Of a stretch of 64,000 nt of DNA, positions 46,230 through 54,933 are shown piece after piece. The DNA lies in assembly GCA_963747315.1 (NCBI GenBank), contig CAVVEQ010000011.1, positions 53,723 through 117,722 of the forward strand, given 5' to 3'. The DNA comes from an uncultured Chloroflexia bacterium. Its GTDB lineage: Bacteria > Chloroflexota > Anaerolineae > Anaerolineales > Anaerolineaceae. The stretch's first letter is position 1. The number at the start of each line of letters is the position of its first letter. The translations under genes and the position numbers were made by a program. Under the pieces are notes generated by a model. It saw only the letters and a list, made by a program, of their open reading frames with translations, was not told where the DNA came from and made no database searches.

Positions 46230-46238
46230 TTATCCACA
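46230..46238 (+). promoter_or_regulatory. Perfect consensus DnaA box TTATCCACA
   Basis: An exact 9-mer at 46230..46238. It is followed immediately by a 12-bp perfect hairpin and an AT-rich stretch. Confidence 0.35.
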
Positions 46239-46239
46239 G

Positions 46240-46270
46240 GCTTTAACCCCCATATCTGGGGGGTTAAAGC
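46240..46270. other. Perfect 12-bp-stem hairpin
   Basis: GCTTTAACCCCC-atatctg-GGGGGTTAAAGC. Confidence 0.8.
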
Positions 46271-46331
46271 ACCCGGACACCCGTTTTTTGGGATAAGACT
46301 ATTTTTATGGACATAAAAATAATGGAATTAT

Positions 46332-46703
46332 ATGGCTAAGAAAATACGAGATCCCGGCGACACCGATAAGACCGACCTGTACCCCTGGCTGCGTTTGCTG
46401 GAGCTGGAGGTGCAGCCTCCCAAGCACGCCACGCCGCGGCGGGGCAAAGGCCGCCCGCCAAACCCCTTCCCGCGCCGCCCGGTGCACGTCACCCTGACCG
46501 AAGACGAGCTGGACGCCCTCGACGAGTTGGCGCGCAGCCTTTCGGCGCATTTCAACAGCCGCATGCACCGCGGCCACGTGATCGCTTTCCTGACCTTCTA
46601 CTTCCACAGCCGCCTGCAAAAAGGCGATGTGATCGACCTGCCGGAAGAAATCATCTCGCTGAGCGATCTGGCACACTATCTTGACCTGGAAAAAGGAGTA
46701 TAA
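46332..46703 (+). CDS. Small protein with a ribbon-helix-helix-like segment
   Basis: Basic N-terminus (RRGKGRPPNPFPRR), then VHVTLTEDELDALDELARSL, which resembles the RHH/CopG beta-strand plus helix. 123 aa. Confidence 0.5.
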   Translation: MAKKIRDPGDTDKTDLYPWLRLLELEVQPPKHATPRRGKGRPPNPFPRRPVHVTLTEDELDALDELARSLSAHFNSRMHRGHVIAFLTFYFHSRLQKGDVIDLPEEIISLSDLAHYLDLEKGV

Positions 46704-47036
46704 TAGATTAGAACTTTTGTTCTAACAAAGGACCCATTAAATGACAGACTTTATCAAAAGATCACCCCCAGATTAAAAACCAGCCAGCCCGGCATGGGCA
46801 AATGCGGGCTGGGGCAGAGACGCTTGCGAAGCGAAGTTTTTTCGAAAACTGCTGACCCCTGCATTGTATCATGTTTCTGAGAGCCAGGCAAGCTGAGTGA
46901 AAGCCTGCCGCACCGGGTTGGGCAGCCCGGAACGGCCACCGCTTATCAGCGGCCTCAATGAGCCGCCGCTCAACGGAGCACCGCTTGAAAAGCGGTCTGG
47001 AAGCCTGATACCCCTCCGCACCTGCCGCACACCGGT

Positions 47037-48215
47037 TTGGCAGCTATCGCGGATTCTATGGATTTCACAACCACGCCAAAAGTCAGAGCCGTCTTAGAGA
47101 CGGTGCGCAGCCTGGATGCAGATGAAACGCGCCAGTTCCACTCTGCACTGCTCAACCCAAAGCGCGCCGGGCTGGAGACCTCCCCCGAGGAGCACCCCGA
47201 CCCCTGGCAGGTGTTCACCCTGCTGGACGCCTACCTGGAGCGCCCGCCGGTCGAGTACGTTGCCCAGGGGCTATTCGCCCTGCCCTCGCTGAACATCGTC
47301 TACGGCGCGCCGGGCACGCTGAAGAGCTTCATCCTGGCCGACCTGGCGGTATGCGCCGCGGCCGGCATGGACTGGCTGCCCCCGGCAGCCTGGATCAACG
47401 GCAACCAGAGCCGCGGCTACCCCACCCGCCAGTGCCCAACTATGTGGCTGGACTTCGACAACGGGCGCCGGCGCACCCACGACCGCTTCGGCGCGCTGGG
47501 CCGCTCCCGCAACCTGCCCGCAGACACCCCCCTGTACTATTACTCCATGCCCTCCCCCTGGCTCAACGCCGGCGATAAAAACTCCATTGGCAACCTGCTG
47601 CTGCGCATCCAGGATAAAGGCATCCAGCTGGTGATGGTGGATAACCTGGGCGTGGTCAGCGGCGACGCCGACGAGAACAGCGGCGATATGGTGGCGGTGA
47701 TGTCCGAGTTCCGCCAGCTTGCCGAGGAAACCGGCGCGGCAGTGGTGCTGGTGCACCACCAGCGCAAAGGCACCGGCTACACCGGGCGGGCCGGCGACAG
47801 CCTGCGCGGTCATTCCAGCATCGAGGCCTCCCTGGACCTGGCGCTGCTCGTCGAGCGCGAGGAGCTGTCCGATACGGTGACGATCAAAGCCACCAAGGTG
47901 CGCGGCGAGGACGTGCGCCCCTTCTCTGCCGTCTTCACCTACGATCCGGGCCCCAACGGGGAGCTGGAGACCGCCCAGTTCTACGGCATCGCTGCCGAGG
48001 ACAACCGCAGCGGGCAGGCGATCGAGCGCGAGATCATGGTCGCCCTGCTGGGCTCCAGCCTGAACAAGACCGACCTGACCAAGGCGGTCAAGGAGGTGCT
48101 GAAAGACGTGGGCATCAACCGCATCCGCGACTGGATCGACCGCCTGTCTGCCACCGGCAAGCTGGTCGTCTCTAACGGGAAGAACAACACCGAGAAGATC
48201 TACAGCCGCCTGTAA
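47037..48215 (+). CDS. RecA-fold ATPase of the AAA_25/RepA-like family (mobile-element replicative helicase-like)
   Basis: Walker A YGAPGTLKS, Walker B LVMVDNLGVV, then AVVLVHHQRKG and RGHSSIEASLD (KaiC/RepA-like sensor motifs). The listed start is TTG; ATG 47058 is an alternative. Confidence 0.8.
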   Translation: MAAIADSMDFTTTPKVRAVLETVRSLDADETRQFHSALLNPKRAGLETSPEEHPDPWQVFTLLDAYLERPPVEYVAQGLFALPSLNIVYGAPGTLKSFILADLAVCAAAGMDWLPPAAWINGNQSRGYPTRQCPTMWLDFDNGRRRTHDRFGALGRSRNLPADTPLYYYSMPSPWLNAGDKNSIGNLLLRIQDKGIQLVMVDNLGVVSGDADENSGDMVAVMSEFRQLAEETGAAVVLVHHQRKGTGYTGRAGDSLRGHSSIEASLDLALLVEREELSDTVTIKATKVRGEDVRPFSAVFTYDPGPNGELETAQFYGIAAEDNRSGQAIEREIMVALLGSSLNKTDLTKAVKEVLKDVGINRIRDWIDRLSATGKLVVSNGKNNTEKIYSRL

Positions 48216-48221
48216 GGGCAT

Positions 48222-48400
48222 ATTCACCACAGAGACACGGAGATCACAGAGAAAGTCTTTTATAAAACGCCGTAGGGCGGGATTTATCCCGCCTGCCTCG
48301 CCCAGAGCGGAACGGCAGTCGAAGGACGATTCACCGCAGAGAGCGCAGAGAAGGGCATTTGAACCGCAAAGGAATAAAGATAGCAAAGGGCTTTTGTCTA
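48222..48400 (+). repeat. Related word-repeat element (CACAGAGA / GCAGAGA / GCAAAGG words) containing a GTAGGGCGGG hairpin
   Basis: attcaccacagagacacggagatcacagagaaa ... gattcaccgcagagagcgcagagaagg ... tttgaaccgcaaaggaataaagatagcaaaggg. Confidence 0.55.
48271..48293. repeat. REP-like hairpin CGTAGGGCGGGAT-tt-ATCCCGCC
   Basis: It has the same CGTAGGGCGGG arm as 17510..17542. Confidence 0.65.
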
Positions 48401-48409
48401 CCACCCGCA

Positions 48410-48915
48410 CATCGCACTTACCTGACACCTGACACCGGATCACCCCCTCACCCATGACCCCCTCACTCACACCCACTTACACCCCGGGCATAATCGGCGG
48501 ATACCGCCTGCGGGCGCTCGCCGGGGGTATGCCGCGTTTGCAGAATGCGATCCAGACTCAGATACTGTCATTGCTCGGCAATGGGCCGGCATCCCATACC
48601 GCTGGATGTGCATCCAGCCCCACTTACACCACCTACACCGGCTTACACTGCCGCCAGCGCCGTGCCAATCGGACTCCAAGAATCGCCAAACGCCACTTAT
48701 TCCACTCACGGGCCTCCGGGCGCTCTTATCCCCCGGCAATGCTCTCTTTATTTCCCACCCAGATGCGAAAACAAACCGGATTCAGCATGTTTTTCCCCAC
48801 TCCTCACAATTCGTACCGGTCATTTACTCATTTACAGCCATTTACGGGCACTTACAACCTGCCGCCCCCAGCCACTCACGCACTTACCCCCCTTTAAGGG
48901 GGTAAGTGCGCGTGG
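48410..48915. repeat. Non-coding iteron-like array: at least 12 copies of C(A/T)(C/T)T(T/C)AC, mostly CACTTAC, ending in a perfect hairpin
   Basis: Copies lie near 48415, 48473, 48620, 48640, 48693, 48703, 48821, 48830, 48839, 48849, 48873 and 48881, with an inverted copy at 48902. Terminal palindrome is CGCACTTACCCCC-CTTTAA-GGGGGTAAGTGCG (about 48879..48910). Confidence 0.6.
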
Positions 48916-49007
48916 GGTTATCACCGGTCAATGCCAGGCATTGTTTGCTAAAGCGGTCTGCCTCAATCTTTGGGCAGCACCCATCTTACGCCCCAGGGAG
49001 CAGTCTT

Positions 49008-49865
49008 ATGCCGCCTGACCGCTCTGCCCGGCAGGCACTCAGTGCTGAGACCAAAGCCCTGTTCAAGGCATTGTTCGCCGAACAGCGCCTGCGCCCCGGA
49101 ACCTTGATGACTGTGCTGCTCAGCGTTGCCGCCCTGCTGCTGTTCCAGCCGCAGACCGTCGTTCTGGCGCTGGCTCTGTTTGCGGCAGTGCTGGCGGGTT
49201 GGGTGGCGCTGGTGATCGCCTTCAGCAAGCGCAAAGGCGACCTCGATTCCGGCGCCGAATACCCGGCCTACCCCGAGCTGAGAAAGCGCCTGCCCTGGAT
49301 TGTCCTGGCGGGTGGGGGGCTGGTCGCCGCGCTGGTTGCGGTAACCTGGGCTGCGCCGCGGCTATTCCCGCCCTGCCCGCCGCAGGATACCCAGGCGTTC
49401 GCCTCGCAGACCCGCGAAGGCTGGCTGATCCGCTACGAGGGCGACCTGCGCCTGGGCGAAGCGCTGGAATATGCCCCGCTGCGCTGTCGCGGCGTTGAGG
49501 TGGACAGCCTGGCTTTTGATTTCCAGCTCGGCAGCGAGTACGGCAGCGCCCAGATCGGGCTGGACGGCAGCGGTACGGCGTTGATCGCCGGGATGGGCGC
49601 CTGGATTTACTCTGCCAAAGACAATCCTCCCACTCTGGCGGTGCAGTGCTTTGTGCTGGAAGGCGCCGCCCAAAACTGGGCCTGGCACGAGACCGCCCCG
49701 CAGACCCTGGAACCCGGCCGCTGGCAGGAGGTCGATTGCCCGGCGAGCCAGCTCAGCCCGCCGGGGTGGGCCAACCCGCCGCAGTTTATCGGCTTGCTGT
49801 TTGCGGATAGCGCCGGGGGGCAGGGCCTCAGCCGGGTGAATGTGGCTGCTGCAAATATTCGTTGA
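49008..49865 (+). CDS. Membrane-anchored hypothetical protein
   Basis: ATG 49008 follows GGGAG. It has three TM helices and then a beta-rich ectodomain. The part of track ORF 48906..49865 upstream of 49008 lies in the iteron region. Confidence 0.55.
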   Translation: MPPDRSARQALSAETKALFKALFAEQRLRPGTLMTVLLSVAALLLFQPQTVVLALALFAAVLAGWVALVIAFSKRKGDLDSGAEYPAYPELRKRLPWIVLAGGGLVAALVAVTWAAPRLFPPCPPQDTQAFASQTREGWLIRYEGDLRLGEALEYAPLRCRGVEVDSLAFDFQLGSEYGSAQIGLDGSGTALIAGMGAWIYSAKDNPPTLAVQCFVLEGAAQNWAWHETAPQTLEPGRWQEVDCPASQLSPPGWANPPQFIGLLFADSAGGQGLSRVNVAAANIR

Positions 49866-49891
49866 TGATTTATTGCTGACAGGAGTTTTGT

Positions 49892-52587
49892 ATGCGAGGA
49901 ATGTTGTGGGGTAAAACGGTTTTATGGGTGGGGATCTTCTTGCTGGCAGGTTGCCGGGGAGGGCAGGTTTCTCCTACCCCGCCAAACCCATCGCCGCCGG
50001 TGGGGTTGGCGACGGTCCAGCCGCCCACGCCAACCAAAACTGCCACCCCGCTGCCGCCCACCATCACCCCGACCCCCGACCCTTACGGCTGGAACCCGGT
50101 GAGCTTGCAGGCGATGGTTGGGGTGGCTGCGCCGGGCGCCAGCCCACAATGCGCTGCCGGTTTTCCTGCCGCTGCGGAAGGCGAGCTGCTCCTGGGCGCT
50201 GACCCGCAGACCTGTGCGCCGCTCGTTGAGCGCAGCCAGGCACGCTTGCAGGTGGGTGGGCTGGGCTCCGGGGCCCCCGGCGAGTGGCTGGCGCTGGAAA
50301 TCGCCTGCGGGGGAGATAGCCCCTGCCTGTACGGGCCGCCTTCAGATCAGGCGCGCTTCGAGGTTGCCTTGCCGGACGGCAGCCTGCTGTGGGCTGGCGA
50401 TTGCAGTCAGCCGGGCTTGTGCGCCGGGTCGAGCATCGATGCCGTGGCCAGTGAAGCCCCGCGGCCGGTGCAGGTCACCCTGCGCCATTTCCAGCCGGGG
50501 CCTGTGGAGCTGGTGCTCTCCGCGCAGGGCGGTGCGGTGTGGCGGGTGGCTGGCATCCAGGCCCTGGCTTTGCCGCCCTTGCCGCAGGGTTTGATCCAGG
50601 GCTACGCTTACAGCCCCTACCGCGATTGCCAGGTACCGGGGATCGGTCCGGTTCCCAGCCAGGCTGAGCTGGAGCAAGACTTGCAGCGCCTGGCGAATAG
50701 CGCCAATGCCGTCCGCACCTACTCAACCCAGGGCGTCAGTGCGGATATTGCCCGTCTGGCGGTTGAGCAAGATTTGCGGGTGGCGGTGGGAGTGGCGCTC
50801 AGCGCTGAGGATGAGAAGAACCAGGCCGAGATCGAAGCCGCCCGTCAGTTAGCCCAGGAGATTGCGATCGAATTTTTCATCGTCGGTAACGAGGTCATCC
50901 TGCGCGGCGAGCTGACCCCGCAGCAGGTGGCAGACTATATGCTCCAGGTGCGGGAGCAGACCGGCAGGCCGGTGGCGTATGCCGAGATCGGCTCGTTCTT
51001 TGTCCAGCCGGATGGGGCCGGGGGGTCGAGCCGCGCCCGGACATGCTGCCTATCCTCCAGGCGGCGGATGTGCTCCTGGTGCACCTCTACCCGTATTGGG
51101 ACGGCATCCCGGTAGAGCAGGGCGCAGCCTATGTGCTGGACGCTTACCAGGCGCTGCAGGGCGCTTTTCCGGATCAGCACATTGTCATCGGCGAGACGGG
51201 CTGGCCCTCACGCGGCGATGTCCGCGGTCCGGCAGTGCCCTCGCCGGAGAACCAGCGCCGCTTCTTCTACGAGTTCACCAGCCTGGCAGCCGAGAAGGGC
51301 GTCGAGTATTACTATTTTTCGCCCTTCGAGGAGCCCTGGAAAGCCAACGAAGGCGGGGTGGGGCCGAGCTGGGGGGTGGCGACGGTGGGGCGGGTGAATA
51401 AGTTCGAGAGCGAGGCGCTGTATTTCCCGCGCCCAACGCCGCCCGCCGTCGCACTGGCAGATTGGCCGCCGGCAGGCGCCTCGCCCACCCAGGTAGCTCC
51501 GGACCAGGGGCCGCTTGCCACCCCTGACCCGAACGCCGCCCAGGCCGGCGCCCCGCCCCTCGAGCTGTACCGCCAGTTCCCCTTCCCGGCAGGCCTCAGC
51601 CCGAGCGCCTGGCAGGGGGATGTGGAAGATATCCTCATGGACGCCTGCTGGCGAGATGCGCCGTACAGCCCGCCGGAATTGCTGGAGCTGGGCTACGCCA
51701 GCCAGGCGGATATGGCCCAGGGGGCTGAGGGCTGGGCCGGCTTTGTCTGGGAGGGGCGGCCGCCGCAAGGCAGCGACCTGAGCGCCTACAACCAGGTGCG
51801 CTTCTACGCCCGCGGTGCGCAGGGCGGCGAGAAGGTGACCTTTTTCTTCGGCGGCGAGCGCAGCAACCTGGCGGCCTGCCAGAGCGGCGCCATCCCCTGC
51901 GATGCGCAGACCCTGCCGCCCATGCTGCCCGTCACCCTGACCCAGGACTGGCAGCCTTATTCGCTTTATCTTGGAGATCAGCCCCTCACCAATGTGGTGG
52001 ACGGGTTGGGTTGGGTGGCTTCGGATTGCCAGAATCCCCAGGGGGCCACCTTCTACCTGGATGACATTGAGCTGGTGAGCGCTGCTGCCCCGCCGGCGGG
52101 CGAGCCGGCCCCGCTCACAATTTTGGAGGACGGCTGCCTGGCTCCCGGCTTCGACCTGGGCATCGACACCTCCGAACAGCAGCGCGATCGGGCCAGCCCG
52201 GCGGAGGGCGCGATCCGCCTGGAATACCCCGTTGCGCAGAAGTGGGGGGCGGCGTTTATCTTCGTCGATCTGGAAGAATGGGAGAACCGGCCGTACATCG
52301 ATCTCTCCGCCTATTCCATCCTGGAGGTGGAGCTGCGCAGCGAGAGTGATCACTTGACCGTGGAAGTGGGCATGAAAGACAACGACGATCCGGATAACGG
52401 CCGCGAGCCAAAGGACCGCGAGCCGTTGCGGAGTGACTGGCATACGCACCAGCTCCCGATGGCAGAGTTCCAGCGCTACCGCTACGCTGATCCAGCCCGG
52501 ATCTACATCCCCATGGAGCTGGTCTTCGACACATCCTGGGCGGTGCCGCAGGTGGTCTATCTGCGCTCGGTGCGCTTATTGCCGTGA
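49892..52587 (+). pseudogene. Lipoprotein GH17-like beta-1,3-glucanase with two C-terminal carbohydrate-binding-like domains; single frameshift
   Basis: Lipobox FLLAGC. GH17/COG5309-like motifs YSPYRDCQ, FIVGNEVILRG (49892 ORF) and HLYPYWDG, VIGETGWPSRGD (51043 ORF). The frames join as ...FVQPDGAGGVEPRPDMLPILQ... if the G6 run at 51019..51024 is G7. Confidence 0.75.
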
Positions 52588-52594
52588 GGTGGGC

Positions 52595-53752
52595 ATGATT
52601 GATGTGAAGGCATTGAAAGCGCAGGTGAACTTGCTGGCCCTGGCAGAGCAGAGCACCACGCTGCGCCGGGTGGCAAGCTCCAACGGCGGCGAGTGGGCCG
52701 GTCCGTGCCCGTTTTGCGGCGGGAAAGACCGCTTCCATGTCCAGCCGTACCGTCCGGGCGGGGGGGCGTGGCTGTGCCGCGGCTGCAGCGAGGGAAAGTG
52801 GAAGGACGCCATCGAGTACGGCGAGCGCCTGTGGCCCGGGCTGGAGTTCAAGGAGGTGTGCGAGCGGCTGGCAGGGGGGATCGAAATCAATGCGTATAGT
52901 CAAATAGACCATAACCGCAGACCGGGGAACCTGGCGACTGCCTCGCCGGTCTCGCCTGCTTATGCCTCGCCCGCCGAAGACTGGCAGGTTGCCGCCCGCA
53001 GCGCGATTGCCGTGGGTAAGCGCGCTCTGTGGAGCAAGGAGGGGGAGCGCGCTCTGGATTACCTCTACCGGCGCGGCCTGCGCGAAACCGCCATCGACAA
53101 CTGGCAGCTGGGCTATTCGGAGGGGATGGAAGCCCACCCCCCAGCCCCTCCCCCTGAAGGGGGAGGGGAGCCGAGGGGTGGGGGTGGTCTTTACATCCCG
53201 CGTGGGGTGATCATCCCCTGCATGGAGGCGGAGCAGGTCTGGTATCTCAAGATCGCTTTGCTGCCCGGCGACCCGGTCAAATGCCAGGGCTGCGGAGAGA
53301 GCGCGCCGGCGCGCCGTCCTTGCCCGCGCTGCGAGACGGTCAACAAGTACCGCGGCGTCAAGGGCAACCGCACCGCGGCGATCTTCGGGGTGGACGAGTT
53401 GCACGGCGCGGATATGGCGCTATTTGTGGAAGGCGAGTTCGATGCGCTGATCGCCTGGCAGGAGGTTAGGGACGTGATCGCCGTGTGCACCCTGGGCAGC
53501 GCCGGCACCCACCTCGACCTTGCCACCTGGGGCCCTTACCTGCTGCCCGTGGAGCACATCCTGGCGGCCTATGATGCCGACCCTGCCGGGCAGGCCGGGC
53601 TGAAGACCCTGCAGGAGCTGAGTGAGAAGGTGAAGGCGCTGCACCTGCCGCCGGGCGCCAAGGATATCAACGAGTTCTACCTGGCGGGCGGCGACCTGTG
53701 GTCGTGGCTGAAGGGCGAAGCGCAGCGCCTGGGGTTGGTACCCAAGCAGTAA
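52595..53752 (+). CDS. DnaG-like DNA primase of mobile-element type (CHC2-like zinc finger plus Toprim)
   Basis: ATG 52595. Zn finger CPFCGGKDRFHV...WLCRGC, a second CxxC...CxxC (CQGCGES...CPRC), and Toprim motifs FVEGEFDALIAWQ and AYDADPAGQAG. Confidence 0.8.
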   Translation: MIDVKALKAQVNLLALAEQSTTLRRVASSNGGEWAGPCPFCGGKDRFHVQPYRPGGGAWLCRGCSEGKWKDAIEYGERLWPGLEFKEVCERLAGGIEINAYSQIDHNRRPGNLATASPVSPAYASPAEDWQVAARSAIAVGKRALWSKEGERALDYLYRRGLRETAIDNWQLGYSEGMEAHPPAPPPEGGGEPRGGGGLYIPRGVIIPCMEAEQVWYLKIALLPGDPVKCQGCGESAPARRPCPRCETVNKYRGVKGNRTAAIFGVDELHGADMALFVEGEFDALIAWQEVRDVIAVCTLGSAGTHLDLATWGPYLLPVEHILAAYDADPAGQAGLKTLQELSEKVKALHLPPGAKDINEFYLAGGDLWSWLKGEAQRLGLVPKQ

Positions 53753-53793
53753 TCCATCCGGAATTCACCCTGCTGTCTGCCTCACTGCGTTGT

Positions 53794-54681
53794 TCAGGCA
53801 GCCGGCGGCGCAGCCGGCAATTCTACTGGCGCTCCTGCCTCGCCGCGTTTGCCCAGCCAGCGCGCAATTGAAATTAAGATCAACGGGAGCAGGATAGCCG
53901 CCACCAGCACATACGGAACTGCCATCGTGCCGGCAAAGTTTGTCAGCGTAATGAGAATAGCCGCCGACACGTTGCGCTGCGCCGTGCCGAGCCCCATCAC
54001 AGTGCGGACACCTGGATCGCGGCCGCCAACCGCAAAACCGATCAACAGACTGCCGAAGATGAACAGCAGCAGCGCCAGGAAACCGCGGGTTCCGATCAGG
54101 CTGATCACGTTGGCTAAATTCAATCCCAACCCGACCACCAGCAGGATCAGGATACCCAGGCTGCCGACCTTGTTCATGGTCGGCGCCCAGTTTTTGGCCG
54201 TATCGGGCGAGTGCGACTTGACCAGCAAGCCCAGGATCAGCGGGATCAGCATCAGCACGATCAGCGATTGAGCAATCGCCCCCGCATCCACTTCAACCCC
54301 GGACAGGAGCAGCGGCAGGACCACCGGCAGGTAGAAGATGGTCACCACCATCAGCAGGGTCATTACCCCTACGGCAACGCCCAGGTTGGCTTTAGCGCCG
54401 CGCGCCTCCAGGATCAGGAAGGGCGCTCCTGCACAGCAGGCCAGGACCATCAATCCGATCTTGAGCGAATCTTCGAGCGGGATGACCAGCGTGATGGCGT
54501 AGGCAAGCAGGGGCACCAGCACAAAGTTCGCCAGCAGCGCCAGGATCACCAGGCGCGCGTTTTTCAGTGGTTGGATGATCTGAGCTACAGTCAAGCCCAA
54601 GCCCATTGCCAGCATGCTGCACACGATGCCGAGCAAGCCGGATATCTGGGCGATAATTGTAAAGAGTTCATTGGCAGTCAT
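53794..54681 (-). CDS. Bile acid:sodium symporter (BASS) family transporter
   Basis: Start chosen at ATG 54681 (MTANELF), 8 nt after GGAG. It has LAMGLGLTVAQI, LANFVLVPLLAYAI and ACCAGAPF, typical of SBF/BASS. The upstream part of the track ORF to 54852 is non-coding-like. Confidence 0.8.
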   Translation of the reverse strand: MTANELFTIIAQISGLLGIVCSMLAMGLGLTVAQIIQPLKNARLVILALLANFVLVPLLAYAITLVIPLEDSLKIGLMVLACCAGAPFLILEARGAKANLGVAVGVMTLLMVVTIFYLPVVLPLLLSGVEVDAGAIAQSLIVLMLIPLILGLLVKSHSPDTAKNWAPTMNKVGSLGILILLVVGLGLNLANVISLIGTRGFLALLLFIFGSLLIGFAVGGRDPGVRTVMGLGTAQRNVSAAILITLTNFAGTMAVPYVLVAAILLPLILISIARWLGKRGEAGAPVELPAAPPAA

Positions 54682-54767
54682 AAGCATATCTCCTACGAGC
54701 ATAAAGATCGTACCGGATCCGAGCCTTGCAAGCCCCAGCCGTGCTCTTAATGACATAAGGCCCGTCG

Positions 54768-54846
54768 TTGCGAGGAGCGCTCTGTGCGACGAAGCAACCC
54801 CTTCCCGTCTTACGCTGAGATTGCTTCGGCACAGATCGCCTCGCAA
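54768..54846. other. ~79-nt extended hairpin in the 5' region of the BASS gene
   Basis: Nested pairings TTGCGAGG/CCTCGCAA, CTGTGC/GCACAG and CGAAGCAA/TTGCTTCG surround a 23-nt loop. Confidence 0.6.
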
Positions 54847-54933
54847 AGACATAGCACAATGTCGTTTGTGATTGAAATGTGCGCAGCGCTGTGGTGTTAC
54901 TCACAAGGCTGAATATCGAAAATCAAATCGCGA

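Noticed and set aside
46230-46238. DnaA box as evidence for the chromosomal oriC
   Set aside because: It is a single box with no dnaA/dnaN/gyrB neighbourhood. It is kept only as a possible element-origin feature.
48454-49018. Three overlapping plus-strand ORFs (147, 157 and 99 aa) in the region after the RepA-like gene
   Set aside because: All three frames are open simultaneously and low-complexity (His/Pro/Thr/Leu from the CACTTAC repeats). The region is treated as non-coding iteron-like DNA.
54668-54904. 78-aa minus-strand ORF and the N-terminal extension of the BASS ORF to 54852
   Set aside because: The composition is non-protein-like and the region folds into a long hairpin. A GGAG-8nt-ATG start at 54681 gives a BASS protein of normal length.
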